Assembly: GCF_006345805.1 (NCBI RefSeq)
Contig: NC_043004.1
Span: 13,020,001 to 13,084,000, forward strand
DNA: 64,000 bases
From: Octopus sinensis
Taxonomy: Eukaryota
Direction: 5' to 3'
Part shown: positions 23,727 through 38,293 of the stretch, in pieces
Layout: the number at the start of each line of letters is the position of its first letter
How positions within the stretch are numbered: the stretch's first letter is position 1
Notes under the pieces: model-generated
What the model saw: only the letters and a program-made list of their open reading frames with translations
Told to the model about the DNA's origin: nothing
The model's database searches: none
Translations under genes and position numbers: made by a program

Positions 23727-24658
23727 TATATATATTATATATATATATATATATGCATAGCATAAATAAATAAATACTTAACACATGTATGCAGGCACAC
23801 ACTAACGTGTACCCTCGTACACACAAACGAGTACAAATGACTACTGAGCAGCGCGCGAAAGAAATAAACAAGATATTCAAAAACCCAGACAGATAGATAA
23901 AAATTGACGAAGAATTTGCTACAGAAAACAATGTGCAAAAATAAACCTAAAAAAAAATACAAGAAATCAAAGCATACGAATTCGAGACACTAACTAAGAA
24001 AAAAAAAGATCAACAAATCCAGTATAAAATATAATAATGTTGTTGTACCACGTGACATTTTCGGTATCAACCTGATTATGTGGCCGCTTAGTGAAAATAA
24101 AATAGCAAAGAAAACATTGACAGATGACTGTCAATATGAATTCTTTGACATTTTCTTCTCACAAACTAGCTGATTCTATGTTTATAGGTCGAAGGTTAGT
24201 CTGGTCACAATTACTGTCCGTTAGAAAAAGATATGTTGTCTTCAACAAACTTTAACTCAGCCAGCCTATGTGTTATCTTTGCGCAAATGTGTATGTATGC
24301 ATATAATATATATATATATATATATATAATATATATACACATATAGATATATATGTTATAAACACACACATATTTAAGTTTATATATGTATTTGCATACA
24401 TGTGTGTATAAATATATATATATACACATATGCATATGTCTGTCTCTGTGTTTATGTGTGTGTATGTATCCCTGTTCGATGTCTGTTACACTGTCCGTGT
24501 TTACATACGTATTTACGTGTATAGAGCCGTATATAGATAATAATTATCAATCTACCTCTACAGAATATGCACATAGATACTCACAAACACAAACACACAT
24601 ATCCTCACACACACATATACTTATATATATATATTAATATATATATATAGTATATATG

Positions 24659-24695
<37 letters not shown>

Positions 24696-24728
24696 TATAT
24701 ATATATATATATATTATATATATATATA

Positions 24729-24761
<33 letters not shown>

Positions 24762-24764
24762 ATG

Positions 24765-24802
<38 letters not shown>

Positions 24803-25195
24803 TATCTATATATATATATATATATATTTCGTATATTTTCATTTGTCTTGTTTATTGCTTTGGTTTTGGGCTGAGTTTTATTTGAGAACATAATCTTTGT
24901 GGAGAATGGCGATTTGACGTCTATATCTAGCATGTTGACTGTCCACTTTTCGTGTTCAGTCCCTAATTGTATAATTATATATATATATATATAGTTAGAT
25001 ATATATATATATATATCTATATATATTATATATATATATAATATATATTAGATAGATAGAGATAGATAGATAGATAGATAGTTATGCGTGTATGAAAGTA
25101 TAGATCACACACTCTCTCTCATTCTTCCTCTCTCACTCTTTCTCTGTCTCTCTCTGTATATATATGTGTGTATAAAAATATGTGTATATGTGTAT

Positions 25196-25227
<32 letters not shown>

Positions 25228-25553
25228 TTACGTATTTAGATACATGCATGTATTTATATATATATATTGATATATAGATATATACATGTGTGTGTATGTG
25301 TGTGTACGTACGTATGTATGTATGCATATATATGTAGCCGAGGTTTCATTTTTGTACGTTGTACCCGAGCCTGTGTGCCTCATGTATTTCTGCTTTGATA
25401 TTATACACATGCATGTTGTCTATGCAGATCTACCGAATAACAGGAAAGCCATTTTCATTGCAGTGTGTAAAATTGTGTGATCGTGTGCATGGGATTGCAG
25501 GAGTGTATGTGTTCGTGTGTGAGTGTGTGTGTGTAAGAGAGAGAGAGAGAGAG

Positions 25554-25589
<36 letters not shown>

Positions 25590-25742
25590 AGTGAGCATAT
25601 GTCTGCATGTGGTTGCATTTGTGCCGAGCATTATGTATGCATTATGCACAGATGTTTGTGCATCTATATGTATATAGTGTTTTATACACACACGTGCACG
25701 AAGACACAAATGTACGTCCAAATCAATATGCATGTGTATATG

Positions 25743-25779
<37 letters not shown>

Positions 25780-26469
25780 TTGCGTGTGTGTTTGTGTGTG
25801 TGTATGTGCGTGTGTGTGTCCATATATATATATGTATATGTATTTGTCTATATGTAAATATGCATGTATGCATATGTACAGATATAGAGAGGTGTATGGC
25901 ATGTAGAGAGGTGTGTATGTTTCTACCACTGTGCGCTCAGGTAATTCTCCGTGTGTGTCTGTATGCGTTATGCCAACGAATGGCATGTTATAATTAACTT
26001 AAGATTAATCTTCTATTTGCTAAAAGATCCAGTTAAATCCTGTGCTAATTGTCATTTTATTCATAGTGAAAGACAGCAGCAACTTTTCACACTCACACAC
26101 ACACACACACACACCACATACTTACACACACATGCCTATTAACGCATGTGTCCGTACATAAACACATCTTACTTCCAATCATGTAAAAAGGTAATGCCCA
26201 CAAACTGCATAATAAGTGATCTTTACACATGGATTTCATAGCGCAAACTTATACAAACCTGGAAGTAGCGCATAGAAATACGTACGCTTTGTACGAGTGT
26301 ATAACTAAACCTTGACATACAAATATCTGGATAGGAGTCATAAAGATTTTTTCGAGGCTTTCCAGTATGCCTAAACCTCTATGAACGTGCACAGTCATAT
26401 AAACATTCATACCACACGCCTGCGCATAATTGTGTACACATACATACATAAAACCGCATGTGAAGTCTG

Positions 26470-26986
26470 TCATGTTTCTGAGGTAGACAACACGCATGTG
26501 ATTAGTGGCCGTCCTGAAATGGCGCCACTGTACTACCTCCATATGCGGCACGATGTTGTTGTTAAAACAATTCACAATGCCATCCGCAAAAAGACACTCC
26601 TGAAATAAACTTACGAAATCCCTCTGCTACGGAATAATTCATAAACACCAACTCAAGGAATACTGGTAGAATATTCCCATCAAAACGTCTGTCAAATGGA
26701 AGCATAACAGGTCAGATATTGTTGTTTGAGGCAGGAAATCAAAGAAAGAGAGGATATCTATGGAGAACTGCTTCAAAATCTCCAGCTTTTTTATCCAGAC
26801 TATGAATTCATATTCATACAAATAATAATTGGAGCACTAGGTTTTGTTAGTAATTGCTTAAAGGAGAATCTGGATAAACTGGGATTTTTAGAAAGAGAAA
26901 TCGACCGGCTATTTCGTACATTACAAGTGCAATCTGTGAGTGGAACAGTAAAAATATGCAAAACTTTTCTCAAGTCCCAAATGTGA
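26470..26986 (+). pseudogene. 3' fragment of an R4/Dong-type (restriction-like endonuclease) non-LTR retrotransposon
   Basis: THVISGRPEMAPLYYLHMRHDVVVKTIHNAIRKK (decayed CCHC knuckle and RHD motif), KHNRSDIVV (cf. RPDIVV), KEREDIYGELLQNLQLFYPDYEFIFIQIIIGALG, VSGTVKICKTFLK. Internal deletion present. Confidence 0.75.
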
Positions 26987-27197
26987 ATTTGACTGTGTTA
27001 ACTACATCCCAAAGGTGGATCCTTGATTCTTTGTTAGAAACTGGCTCCTTCCTCAGTGGGAGATTTATGGCAATTAAAAATAGAAGAGACATACACAAAT
27101 ACGCGCGTGCGTGTGTGCATGTACGCGTGTGTGCAAATATGTATGTGACAGAGTGAGAGAGGGAGAGAGAGAGGGAGAAAGAGGGAGAGAGAGAGTG

Positions 27198-27490
27198 AAG
27201 GTGCGTGGTTTAGTGATTAAGCCAATGCATTCACAATGGCTAGACCATTATGGGTTCTATTCCCGGACCGGGCGGCGTCTTGTGTCCTTGAACAAAACAT
27301 TTCATTTCTCTTTGTTTCGGTCTACACAGATATAATCAGATATAATTGCATAACCTCGCCATAGAAATACTTTCCTATCAGTGAGGAATGTTTGCCTGAT
27401 CGTCTAGCCAGCGATGCGGCGTCATTCCAAAGCTAGCTAAAACAATGTGAAACGCATTGTGACCAGCGATGTGTACAACGAATGTATTAC
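27198..27490 (+). mobile_element. Degenerate CORE-like SINE (family E tail)
   Basis: tRNA-like head, TGTGTCCTTGAACAAAACATTTCATTTC core-like block, and tail GCCAGCG..GTCATT..GCTAAAACAATG..CGCATTGTGACCAGCGATGTGTA shared with 35307-35420. Confidence 0.6.
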
Positions 27491-30094
27491 TTTGACGATC
27501 AGTAAGAAGAGATGGTTTTTAGTACTTCGAGCATCGCAATTTGTCAGATAGGAGAAATGTTTCACTACTCGTGTTCGAGTTCAATTCAACCAGTGCTTCC
27601 GTAATGCTTAAACTTGACATGACAAGTTATGAATAGAAAAGTCTTGGGCATTGCACTAACTTCTGCATTATATATGACAGATTTAGTCATACATTGTTGG
27701 TCAGGTGGACAGGGTCCTAGGTCTCGATGTACGACCAATGATGTCTGATTAAATCTGATTTATATGAGGCAGAATTTGAAGAAATGGAAAATTCCGCATA
27801 TTTCTAGTCTTAAAATTTAAGGTCTAAGGAAGATAACTCTTTTTACTTTTTTGCTTCTTGCATTTTCCTTTTTCGTTTTCTGTTTTTAATAGCGACTTTT
27901 GTTCCCTCATGCTAGGAACATGTCCGCTAGCTGGAAAGAAGAAGGAATTTCAGTATTAGTCTAAGGAATTAGCAGAAAGATAATTATTCGGAGCCAAATA
28001 TTATATGGCCTCCTAGAACGTTGAATTTTTCTGAAGGAATTTTTTTAACATATAATCCTGAATGGTAATGTTGTTAAGAACAAAATGCGGAGAGAGTTCT
28101 AGAGCAATACATAGCAATAATCACCAAGAGAAATTTAAAACAATTTCGTGCCCTATAACCTTTAGGTTCTAGCGCAAATACTTAGTGAAAAAATATCGAT
28201 ATATGACAAGACATATTCCGTTAGTATCAAATATGCATGGATTGATTTTTATCTTACTGTTTTTGTAAATAACATCCAAAGTGTAACATTTGTTATGGTC
28301 ATATCTGAAACTGATCGCAGCTTCTTTCAGCAGTCTTTGTACAGTATTAATCTTTTCGACATTCCTCCTTCTTTCACACATACATTTTCTTCTTTTTCAC
28401 ATGCAATATAATATAATATAATGATATAAGATAATATAAAACTAATATATATAATATATAGTATAATATATATACAAATATATTATACTATATATTATAT
28501 AGTATAATATATATGTGTATGTATGTATGTATGATTGTATGTATGTATTATGGAAACATGTGTTTCCATGTGCTTATGTGCGGAACGTGTGCACCAGAGC
28601 TTATAAAGCATAACATTTGTAGGAACTTTGAAAATATTACGAGCGTTTTATTCAAAATTCCAGAAGAGGTATAATATTCTTTCCTTGATATGAGCGTTGA
28701 CTATGTATTCGTGCAGTTGAAAGAGACTAGATTATTATGACCCCTTTGGAAGATATTTCCGAGGTCTTTATTTATTGTGGCTCTGTTGGAGCAGCGTGAG
28801 TTATCTAAACTGCCGCTTGTTCTGCGTACAAGAACGAACGTTATAACTGCACAATAATCATCATACATAGATCCAATGTGGCTTTCAAAAATTTGCGAAA
28901 AAGAACGGTAAAAAGTAAATATAGAATATATAATTTGAGACAAATGTAAATGTATGAGGGATGATAAGTCAGATATTTAGAAAGTCAGATTAATCCCTTG
29001 GATTGTTTAATGTGTCAATAAAATGCGACTTGCAAGAAGAACTTTTTATTGTCACATCATTTTATTGGTGCAACATTAACGCTTGTTCTCGTACTGAGCA
29101 CTGTCGTCATGCAACATCAAGAAGCGTAAAATAGCCATTTCTGTAGACTGAATACTGTATAAATACCATTTCAGAAATCTATTACGAATTGGCTCCTTTC
29201 TATTTGTTGAAAAAAAAAAGGAAAGAAAATCAATGGAACAACGCACGAACACACACTCACATACATTCAGTGAAGACTACATTGATAGTCAAAAATAGCG
29301 GAATAGCAAGATGAAATAAAAAGAATTTCTTTTCTTTATTGACTAAGGAAACAATACGTACAATGTTGCTTGTTTAAAATGGCCGTATGGCTAAGCTTCT
29401 GAAAGCCGTGGTTTCTGGTCCAGTTCCACCGCACAGTACTCTGAGTAAGCGTATATAGCCTATAGACCCCATAGCTCTATAACCCAGGATCAATTAATGA
29501 TATTTGTGCATGTATGAACGTGCGTACGTACGTACGTAGTATGTATGTATGTATGTATGTATGTATGTATGTATGTATGTATGTATGTATGTATGTATGT
29601 GCTAATGTAGGTATATATGTATGTACGTAGTGTGTGTGTATGTATGTATGTGTGTTTGTCTCTTTTATTTATTAACTATTATAAATCTCCCAATCAGGAT
29701 TGACCGTTTTGCATGAATATACAGATGCATAAAGGGAGTGAATTGGCTATGAACATTTAGCTGTGTGATCTACTGAAGTGATTATAACATAAGTGATTGT
29801 GTATGCAACAGGTAGTGGTACCCTTAATGTAATCACCTGGCAGGATTAGTATGAGATGGGGCTGACAACTTCAATTAAAAAAATCAATCCATCCAAAGTT
29901 TTTAAACAATTTCTTTTGCAACGAATGGAGCAGCACAAGACTATGACAAAAAAAATCACTTGGCTAAAGTATCGTACGATGAGTTCGACGGAAACTGGCA
30001 TTGCTTAGCTGCCTTTTAGTATGTATGTATGTATGTATGTATGTATGTATGTATGTATGTATGTATGTATGTATGTATGTATGTATGTATGCAT

Positions 30095-30650
30095 GTTATG
30101 TTATGTCAGGTCACTTTCGAGTGCTGCTGGTAACATGTAACCCAGTACGACCTGTTGCATGGTCGGGTCGTCGGCGACTAAACTGGCAACCCCACCAAGC
30201 TTACTTGGTGAGGAGGATGTTTATTTGACATCCTGCGGGATGAAAAACAAAACCCGTCAAAGAGCGGAGGAACTCTTGAGTGTCAGCGGCCATCCAATAA
30301 ATGACTTAAGGCTGTATCATGCGCGGAAACAGAAATAATCGGACTGAATACCCGATCGCGCAGTTAAACCATTGGGAATGAAGGACTCCTAGCCTTTGTT
30401 AGGGCATCCTTCTAGGAGAAGGTAACTCAGGTTACTGGGATAACTCCGACATAAAACCTGCGGCTCAGTGGTTACCGATGATGTTGACTTGTTCTTCTTT
30501 TCGGATCATGCTGTTACTTAGTGAGTGGGATTGACTCAGTGCACAGCCTTCCCTCACTTTAAAAAAATCTTCTTGCACAGGCATTGCACGATAACATTGA
30601 TTAAGCTTCGTGCAATAGCCATACTCGATAATGAGGGGGCAGCCACCATG
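30095..30650 (+). mobile_element. GC-richer interspersed repeat resembling an RTE-clade 5' UTR
   Basis: Bounded by (GTAT)n tracts; contains AGGGCATCCTTCTAGGAGAAGGTAACTC...AAACCTGC. The resemblance is recalled, not searched. Confidence 0.3.
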
Positions 30651-31388
30651 TATGTATGTATGTGTGCATATGTCAGAATTATGTATGTATGTATGTATGG
30701 ATGGATGGATGGATGGATGGACGGATGGATGGATGTAGATAAGTTTGTATGTATGTATTTGTATGTCTCTTCTATTTTTTAATTATTATAAATCGCCCAC
30801 TGCGGAGGGAACCGGTTTCCAACAAAAATACAAGGCTCCATTTTGGGGATGTAGTTAACACAGACAAATACACTTTTGGAATTTGAGAAAAGTCTTGCAT
30901 ATTTTTACTGTTCCACTCACAGATTGCACTTGTACGAAACAGTCGGTCGATTCCTCTTTCTGAAAATTCCAGTTTATCCAGATTATACTTTAAACATTTA
31001 CTAACAAAACCTAGTACTCCAGTTATTATTGGTATATGTATGCATCTTTATGTTTATCTCTAACTGCTTGACAAAGAGAAGTTCCTGTAAAATCAAATTA
31101 ACAAAATTTGATTAACAAAAAAAAAAAAAATACTCAGCGCTGAAGTTAATGATGGGTGGTGCTGCTCAATAAATAAAGGAAACAATACGTTGTGAGAACA
31201 ATTGCATGCCATATAAGAAAATGTTTTCTTTAGCCGATCCAAAATGTTGTGCTCCAGAGAGAAACATGAGGAAATTTTGTTACCGATGACAAAATTGAAA
31301 TCTCCCTTTCTTCATCGTTGGAGGATCGAAAGTAAAGATGGCTAAAAGAGTTAAGCAGAAAGACAGTGAAGATATTAAACTAGTTTAA

Positions 31389-32538
31389 CCCTTTCGTTAC
31401 TATATTTCTGACCAAAATACACCCCTCATGAGTTTCAATTAAATTCTAAAATAATCATGAATCTAGGCTTGTTTCATTAAATAACTGTAACTTTTTTACT
31501 TATCAACATATAATGTGATATTTGGAACATAATTAAAGAAAGGGTTCTTAATTAATTATATTGCATAACTTTTGTCTCAAAGTGATTTTAATTACAGGTA
31601 AATCCAGGTAAATTGAGCAAAAGGTAAAAATATTAAAATTTTAAATTGAGCAAAAGGTAAAGATATTAAAATTTTAAATTGAGCAAAAGGTAAAATTATT
31701 AAAATTCTGTTTAAACATCACCATAGAAAATGAATCATCAGCTAATATTCAAATGGGTATGCAACAAAATTTTGATAAAGAAGAATTGTGCACATCACTA
31801 TATCATCAGTTGAACTTAATGCACAACAGGTGTACCATAAAGGTGGAATAAAGTGAAATACTGGAATCCACCGTAAGTTTGACCGAACTAAAGAAATCGG
31901 TCAAAAAATAATATACGGCCCTGGTTATGGTATAGAAGTGATAAATTCCAGACCACATCGTTCCCTAGGCCATGCTGACTAACATTATTTTTCCCTATAT
32001 AAAAACTAAATCAACGCAGTACCCAGTATTTGCTTCACAAATTTTCCGAAATTTGAACCTCCATTTTGTGTTTGTTTACAATCTGCATAAATTTGTGTCC
32101 GCATTGATCGCTTCAAACAATAACTTCCAGACCACATCATACCCTAAGCCATGCTGACTAACATTAGTTTCCCTGTATAAAAACTAAATCCACAACAGTA
32201 CCCAGTATTTGTTTCACAAATTTTCCAATTCGGAATCAATGCTTGATAGCATGAAACTCCTATCCATTTTCAAAGTTGAAGAAAAATCGATGCCGAAAAA
32301 AATGTGGAAAAAAATCTCCCAAAATTCAGGGAATTAAAATTACCCGTCGATCCTTGTACAAAACTGTAGATGAATTGTTTACGAAGCATAATCACGTGTT
32401 TTCACGAATGTACTAAAGAGATTTGCTCTGATATTCTCATTTAAATATGAATAGGTAAATTCGGGCGGTTTTGGGCGGTTTGGTCACATTAACCAAATTT
32501 TTTTTCGGGCGGCTTTGGGCGGTTTGGTAACGAAAGGG
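31389..32538. mobile_element. Non-autonomous piggyBac-type element (MITE-like)
   Basis: TTAA at 31385-31388 and 32539-32542, and perfect 12-bp TIRs CCCTTTCGTTAC/GTAACGAAAGGG. Internal 33-bp x3 repeat (31611-31705), about 100-bp x2 repeat (31947, 32125) and subterminal GGGCGGTTT repeats. No transposase. Confidence 0.85.
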
Positions 32539-32642
32539 TTAAGAAAACAGATAGTGTTCATACCGTATTTAGCTCAAACAGACCAAATTTGGGAAAAACA
32601 AAGAGAATTGAAGCTTTAATATATTTTCTTCTTTAGCGAATA

Positions 32643-33155
32643 GGCGCAGGAGTAGCTGTGTGATAAGCAGATTGTACACCAGCCACATGCTTCCGGGATC
32701 AGCCCACTGCGTGGCACCTTGGACAAGTGTCTTCTACTATAGCCTCGGGCCGACAAAGCCTTGTGAGTGGATTTGGTAGACGGAAACTGAAAGAAGCCTT
32801 CTTATCCATATATATATATAATATATATTATATATATATATATACTACATTACATACATACATACATATATATCTATATATATATATATATATCTATCTA
32901 TATATATATACATATATATATACAGATATACATATGTATATATATGTTTGCGTGTCTATGTTTGTTCCCCAATATCGCTTGACAACCGATGTTGGTGTGT
33001 TTACGCACCCGTCACTTAGCGGTTTGGCAAGAGACACCGATAGAATAAGTACTAGGCTTACAAAGAATAAGTACTGGGATCGATTTGCTCGACTAAAGGC
33101 GGTGCTCCAGCATGGCCGCAGTCAAATGCCTGAAACAATTAAAAGAAAACAAAAA
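32643..33155 (+). mobile_element. Full-length SINE family A
   Basis: GGCGCAGGAGTAGCTGTGTG head to the GTCAAATGCCTGAAACAATTAAAAG tail. Confidence 0.88.
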
Positions 33156-33324
33156 GATCACCCTAATTCACTGTGACACTTCCTGCACAAGTACAGTCCA
33201 GTAGCAATATGGTAGTTCGTAGAATCATAATAAAACAGAAAACCTATATCGGAAGAGAGTGCAGATCATAAAAGAACTACTTAAAAAGACTATTATATTC
33301 ATGTCTGTGACAGGCTCATTGATT

Positions 33325-33470
33325 GGAATTAATCGGTACTTAATTTATCGACCCCGAAAGGATGAAAGTTGAAGTCAACCTCGGGTGAATTTGAACTCAG
33401 AACGTAACCACGGGCGAAATACCGCAAAGCATTTCTTCCGGCGTGCTAACTATCCTGCCAGCTCACCGCC

Positions 33471-33525
<55 letters not shown>

Positions 33526-33560
33526 TATAATAATAATAATAATAACAACAACAACAACAG
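33325..33560 (-). mobile_element. SINE family B with adjacent (AAT)n tract (33471-33556)
   Basis: GGTACTTAATTTATCGACCCCGAAAGGATGAAAG...GCCAGCTCACCGCC followed by (AAT)n(AAC)n. Confidence 0.8.
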
Positions 33561-34784
33561 GTGTGCAAGGGACTTCAACTACAGCCATAAGCCAAGCAAA
33601 AACTTGTTAGTGGATTTGGTAGACGGAAATACAGCTCCCCACCATATGTACGTGTGCGTGTCTTTAGGCCTGTGTGTGTCCCCATCACTGCTTGACAACC
33701 TGGGTTGTGTTTACGTCCCCGTGACTTAGAGATCAGGTTCAGGAGACTGATTGAATAAATACTAGGCTTTAAAATGTAAGTATTGGCCGTAATTCGTTCG
33801 ACTAAAATGTAGCCAACAAGGCCGCAGTCTAATGACTAGGAAAAAGGCTAAGAGAATACTGTTTTCTGAAACATAGACCACTATTTTAGGGAACGATATA
33901 CTCAAGTTAACTCTCTTAATTTACCAAGGGTACTTTCCCTGATGTACTTAATTGTATAAATGTAGTTTTGATGAAAAATTAAGTTGAGCTGAGCGGGAAT
34001 CGAACTGAAAACACGTTAAGAGCTTGAGCAAATAGATACCACAATCCAACGTGTTGTAGACTCTACAGTCTTTTAGCCAATATGTAAAAGAAAAGAAATA
34101 TATGAATGTTAGTTAATTAGATGTCAACGATTCTTGAGACGAATAATAATAAAAAAAAATCCTAAGGCGTCGGGTATCACAAACAGAACAAGAATATATA
34201 TATTATTACATATATATATATATATGTATGTATGTATACTTCAAATAAATTAGAATGAAAAAAAAATGTAATTTGCGATGTTAATAATGTATTTGAAAAG
34301 GTAATTGGAGACGAAAGTCAAACTACGAAATACCGTAATAGCAGCAAAGGATGTCATCGAAAGAAATAGAATATTCACAAAAACTATAAAAAAATGCATT
34401 AAAATCAAGAAATACAATATATATTTACTGCAATTTTATTATATATAACATATATCTCTGAGCAAAACGATTTTCTGTATTTTTTTTTCCTTCGTTGTCT
34501 CCATTATCCTTTAGATATATTATTGTTATTAATATTCCTATCTCTTCATGCGTGAGTGTGTGTCTGTCTGTATGTGTGTGTGTGTGTGTATTGATATGGA
34601 TATCAATAATTATAATTTTCAGCGGCAGTACAAATATATTAATAACGAAAAAAAAAAACGGAAACAAGAACAACAATAGCAGTTGTATCGGAAAGAGTAG
34701 ATTGCAACGGTCTCTTCTGTAGAAGCGACAACAGTTCCACAGCTACAGGAACTTGTATGATATACATATATATTTGTATATTTT

Positions 34785-34823
<39 letters not shown>

Positions 34824-34994
34824 AACGCACACATACTTACATATATATATATATTATATTAATATTAAAATGTATGTGCCTGTGTACATAAAGAAATAAG
34901 AAATATGAAATACATGCGTGCGTATATATTTGTGTGGGTATGTATGTGTGTGTGTGTTTATAGATATATATATATATATATAACCGGAAGCTTT

Positions 34995-35265
34995 ATGAAA
35001 ATAAACAAAAGACGAAGGCAGGTGGAGTACAAACAAACAATTGTATTAGTATGGCGCTCAGGAATATAAATAAAACAAGTCTTTTACGTTTGCGATCTAA
35101 TACGCTCTTTCAAATTCCGCCGAGGTCGACTTTGCCTTTCATACTATCGAGGTCGATAAATTAAGTACCAGTTACGCACTGTGGGGTCGATGGAATCGAC
35201 TTAATACCTATGTCTGTCCTTGTTTGTCCCCTCTGTGTTTAGCCCCTTGTGGGTAATAAAGAAAT
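34995..35265. mobile_element. Inverted copy of the 23.4-kb HHR element (34995-35110, -, decayed HHR) fused to a 5'-truncated SINE-B (35110-35265, +)
   Basis: ACAAAAGACGAAGGCAGGTGG..GTATTAGTATGGCGCTCAGGAA..GTCTTTTACGTTT is the reverse complement of 23470-23555, followed by CAAATTCCGCCGAGGTCGAC. Confidence 0.7.
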
Positions 35266-35423
35266 ATATATATATATATATATATAATATATTATATATA
35301 TATATATTGGCCTGCTCGCTTAGCCAGCGGGGTGGCGTCATTCGAAGGCTAAAACAATGCGAACGCATTGTGACCAGCGATGTGTAACTACATCTGATTG
35401 ACTGGTCGGTCACGTGATCACGT

Positions 35424-35475
<52 letters not shown>

Positions 35476-35859
35476 TACTTCTATGTACGTATGCATAAAT
35501 ACATATGTGTAAGAAAATGAATCCTTAAGAATAATAGTTTAGAAACTTCGAACGCAAATATTCTTCAATGAAATGCATCTGCTGCTGTCACATTTTATGT
35601 TAAAAAATAAATATAATTAAAAAAAAGACAGATTTGCCTTTAATTTCCTGTGTCCTTTCTTGATAAAATTATCTCCCCTTTTCCTTGAGAGTAGCGATCA
35701 TTTTTCATTTGGGTCTGGTATTTTCACTAACTATGAGGCAATTCTGTGTATTTGCTATCTCCATGGTATATTATTTAATAGAAACCTAGAAACGCAAGTT
35801 ACCTAAGTTTATCCCATTGGCTGTTTTGAATGATTTACTGTAGCTTTCATTCTATGATT

Positions 35860-36059
35860 ATGCTTAATCCTTTATCTTTTTCTCGATTCAGTCTTTAGAC
35901 TGTGAGCGTGATAAAGCACAGTTTCGAAGTGTTTTACTCGAACGAATGAAACCAAATACATTCTTTAACACCTGGATGTTATTCCATCTGTGTCTTTTGC
36001 CGAACGGCAAGACTACGGTGTCAGTAGGAGGTGGAGAGAGACGAACACACTCACACATA

Positions 36060-36111
<52 letters not shown>

Positions 36112-36335
36112 CACACACACACTCACACACAAACTCAAAGACATACATACATAGATACATATCTATTTATATATAGGACGGGCCTCTTTCAGTTTCTCTC
36201 TGCCAAATCAACTCAGAATGATTATATCGGCCTGCGGATATAGTATAAGACCAAATTGTAACACAATGGAATTGAAACCTGAAACATATTGTTAGGAAGC
36301 AAACTTCCTATCACACAGCCACACCTCTGCCTATA
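35860..36335 (-). mobile_element. Degenerate SINE family A
   Basis: Reverse-complement tail and head flanking a (CA)n tract. Confidence 0.6.
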
Positions 36336-36852
36336 AGAAAACCACTTTACTCAATAAAATTGTCTTCCGTACATTGTGTTTCAATTTCTAAGGATAGAGA
36401 AACATATCCGAGACGCTGAAATTGCTGTCAAAGATTAGGTGATTTCTGTTTAATAGTTCTAGCTCAATATTAGTAGCAATGCCGTTGGGGAAACACCAAT
36501 GGTTGGAGCATTGAACTTTTAGTAATAGTAACTTTAGGTAGCTTGAAATTTGTCTCCTCTTTTCTTTGAAAGTCGCAAATTTGTAGTACTAAGAATATTT
36601 ATTCTTTTGAGATTAGAAGATGAATTTCGATATATCAAACAAAAAGTACACGTTCTCCACCTGGATGAATTATCCATACATACATACATGCATACATACA
36701 TACATACATGCATACATACATACATACATGCATACATACATACATACATACATATATAACATATATAACTATATTTATACTTGTATTACTATATATTTGC
36801 TGTTGTTTCTTGTATGTATATATTTCTGTATTCTCTGTGTATATGTATATAT

Positions 36853-36911
<59 letters not shown>

Positions 36912-37170
36912 ATATATCTATGTATATAGATATATATAGAGAGAGAGAGAGAGAGACAGACAGATATATATATATATAATAGAGAGAGGAGGGAGACATA
37001 GATATACATATAAGCACCCACCCATACACATAAACACATCTACATATATACATATATGTCTATATCTGTATATATATATCTATACATATATATGCACATA
37101 TTATATACGAATATATACATCTCACTGTCTCTCCTTATATCTCATCCTGCTGTCTGTCTGTCTCACTATC

Positions 37171-37221
<51 letters not shown>

Positions 37222-37736
37222 ACATATAGATATACATACACATGCTACATGTATATATATACTCATATGCATACATGCATACACACATATTCTATTTACT
37301 TATCTCTATATTTATGTATAAACATAAACACATATTATGTATACATATATATATATTATATGTATGTATATATATATTATCTATATATACAAACTTACAC
37401 ACACACGTATATACATACATATGCTGGTAAACACCAGTAATGCAGCTGTCCACAAATTTCTTGCTAACAAATAATGTAACAATGCTCTTGTGTAATAATT
37501 TAGATCGACTTCATTTTAGTGACTGTAAATTTGTAAACAGATTCTTCGTTATGTTAACAGCCGTACTAAAGGTGAAGCGATACAGATTTTTGTTTTCCAC
37601 GAGATAAGATTTCGCATATTATTTTCATGTTGTGTAACTAAATTTGAGATATTCTCATACATGTACTATCTTCTAGCAATTATGCACACATACAAATATG
37701 GATGTACCCACGCACGCACAAACACACACACACACA

Positions 37737-37775
<39 letters not shown>

Positions 37776-37848
37776 AATTCATACTTCTAGCTTAAGATTG
37801 ACATGTATATTTTCCTCCCTTTCATAACTTTCTTAACTGCCTTGCTTG

Positions 37849-37882
37849 TTTTGATGAAGGATTATTATCCGAAACGTTAGAT
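37849..37882 (+). ncRNA. Degenerate minimal hammerhead motif (C3U)
   Basis: TT-TTGATGA-A-GGAT-tatt-ATCC-GAAA-C-GTT-AGAT. Stem II is perfect, stem I is weak. Confidence 0.4.
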
Positions 37883-38293
37883 TATGTTCGGTTCTTTCAT
37901 TTGACGTATTTCTCTCCATTGTATACTTCTTTGATTATTGATTTTTGCTATATATATATTTGGGCTTTTTGTCCTTAATGATTCTTACTTCTGTCACCTG
38001 TAAGGTTTTCGTCTGTTATACATGCATACAAGCGTACATACACCGGCGCAATTTGACCTCCCACACACAGACACATGCATATGTGTGTATGTGTATATCC
38101 TCACTTCGTTTGAACGATTTTAAGCTTTCAGTTTTAACAGCAGAGCTCGAAATAAAGTTTAAAATGATCGGAGAGGCTTAGACGTTTTGTCATTCAAGTG
38201 CGTTTTTAAATCTAATATTCAACATGCTGTTATTTACAACTTTATCTCCTTCGAGTTATACTTAATGTCTAGTCTCAGGTATTTCATAATACA

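Noticed and set aside
28716-28795. Strong donor GTGAGT with upstream MTPLEDISEVFIYCGSVGA
   Set aside because: The acceptor is weak and an in-frame stop lies upstream in that frame.
30095-30190. Possible HDV-like ribozyme (CCAGT/ACTGG P2-like pair, CTAA J4/2-like) at the start of the RTE-like segment
   Set aside because: No P1 helix with a G-U cleavage pair could be built and P3 is mismatched.
31611-31705. Regular 33-34 bp repeats here and at 42658-42757 superficially like CRISPR arrays
   Set aside because: They are contiguous tandem units without unique spacers, in a eukaryotic context with no cas genes.
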